Assembly: GCF_947568905.1 (NCBI RefSeq)
Contig: NC_079167.1
Span: forward strand, 91,140,001 to 91,204,000
Reading direction: 5' to 3'
Length of the DNA: 64,000 bases
Origin: Ostrea edulis
Taxonomy: Eukaryota
Of this stretch, positions 62,241 through 64,000 are shown one piece after another; position 1 is the stretch's first letter; the number at the start of each line of letters is the position of its first letter. The notes below the pieces were generated by a model. The model saw only the letters and a list, made by a program, of their open reading frames with translations, made no database searches and was not told where the DNA came from. A program made the translations under genes and the position numbers.

Positions 62241-63345
62241 ACATCAGAAAGCACACTTACATGTAAGTATTGTAACATCAGAAAGCAAACTTACATGTAA
62301 GTATTGTAAAGCACTTACATGTAACTATTGTAACATCAGAAAGCCCACTTACATGTAAGTATTGTAACATCAGAAAGCAAACTTACATGTAAGTATTGTA
62401 ACATCAGAAAGCAAACTTACATGTAACTATTGTAAAGCACTTACATGTAACTATTGTAACATCAGAAAGCCCACTTACATGTAAGTATTGTAACATCAGA
62501 AAGCACACTTACATGTAAGTATTGTAACATCAGAAAGCAAACTTACATGTAACTATTGTAACATCAGAAAGCAAACTTACATGTAACTATTGTAAAGCAC
62601 TTACATGTAACTATTGTAACATCAGAAAGCACACTTACATGTAACTATTGTAACATTGTAAAGCACACTTACATGTAACTATTGTAACATCAGAAAGCAC
62701 ACTTACATGTAAGTATTGTAACATCAGAAAGCAAACTTACATGTAACTATTGTAAAGCACTTACATGTAACTATTGTAACATCAGAAAGCACACTTACAT
62801 GTAACTATTGTAACATCAGAAAGCACAATTACATGTAACTATTGTAAAGCACTTACATGTAACTATTGTAACATCAGAAAGCACACTTACATGTAACTAT
62901 TGTAACATCAGAAAGCAAACTTACATGTAACTATTGTAAAGCACTTACATGTAACTATTGTAACATCAGAAAGCACACTTACATGTAACTATTGTAAAGC
63001 ACACTTACATGTAACTATTGTAACATTGTAAAGCACACTTACATGTAACTATTGTAACATCAGAAAGCACACTTACATGTAACTATTGTAACATTGTAAA
63101 GCACACTTACATGTAACTATTGTAACATCAGAAAGCACACTTACATGTAACTATTGTAACATCAGAAAGCAAACTTACATGTAACTATTGTAAAGCACTT
63201 ACATGTAACTATTGTAACATCAGAAAGCACACTTACATGTAACTATTGTAACATTGTAAAGCACACTTACATGTAACTATTGTAACATCAGAAAGCACAC
63301 TTACATGTAACTATTGTAAAGCACACTTACATGTACCTATTGTAA
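62241..63345. repeat. Complex 22-34-bp minisatellite with palindromic core
   Basis: Unit aacatcagaaagca(c/a)acttacatgtaa(c/g)tattgt plus short variants. Confidence 0.96.
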
Positions 63346-63392
63346 TACAATGGTGGTTATAGTACGATTTCTTTCGCCTTTGTGATGAATTG

Positions 63393-64000
63393 GAAGATTC
63401 TTACTGACGCCTGAGAAGATTCTTACTGACACCTGAGAAGATTCTTACTGATCCTGAGAAGATCCTTACTTACGCCTGGGAAGATTCTTACTGACGCCTG
63501 AGAAGATCCTTACTGACGCCTGGAAAGATTCTTACTGACGCCTGGGAAGATTCTTACTGACGCCTGGGAAGATCCTTACTGACGCCTTAGAAGATTCTTA
63601 CTGACGCCTGAGAAGATTCTTACTGACGCCTTAGAAGATTCTTACTGACGCCTGAGAAGATTCTTACTGACGCCTGGGAAAATTATTACTGACGCCTGAG
63701 AAAATTCTTACTGACGCCTGAAAAGATTCTTACTGACGCCTGAGAAGATTCTTACTGACGTCTTGGACAATTCTTACTGACGCCTGAGAATATTCTTACT
63801 GACGCCTGAGAAGATCCTTACTGACGCCTGGGAAGATTCTTAATGACGCCTGGGAAGATTCTTACTGACGCCTGGGAAGATTCTTACTGACACCTGAGAA
63901 GATTCTTACTGACACCTGAGAAGATTCTTACTGACGCCTGGGAAGATTCTTACTGACACCTGAGAAGATTCTTACTGACGCCTGGGAAGATCCTTACTGA
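63393..64000. repeat. 22-bp minisatellite running off the window end
   Basis: Unit gaagattcttactgacgcctg(a/g). Confidence 0.96.

Overview
AT-rich, intron-containing animal genomic DNA. The repeat content (Naiad-type Penelope elements, Helentron/HINE satellite carriers, tRNA SINEs) suggests a bivalve mollusc, probably an oyster; this is an inference. Three protein-coding genes were rebuilt by hand from GT-AG boundaries and phase continuity. (A) The last three exons of a guanylyl cyclase lie on + (1-1083). (B) A complete 19-exon receptor guanylyl cyclase of about 887 aa lies on - (27232->2844), convergent with A. Its signal peptide, TM, kinase-homology and catalytic domains are normal, but its ~210-aa Cys-rich ectodomain is not the usual ANF-receptor/periplasmic-binding fold. 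(C) A 6-coding-exon, ~822-aa homolog of CBARP/BARP (Ca-channel beta-subunit-associated regulatory protein) lies on - (55881->49983). The remainder is introns and intergenic DNA filled with decayed mobile elements (Naiad PLE, RTE, Gypsy, DIRS-like, Crypton, SINEs, HINEs, MITEs) and about 14 minisatellites. The most notable non-genic signals are pervasive TACATGTA scars that behave like Tc1/mariner excision footprints, a minisatellite made from the 5S rRNA internal promoter, and a minisatellite made from Naiad coding sequence. All homology calls come from remembered motifs, not database searches. Coordinates of decayed repeats are approximate.
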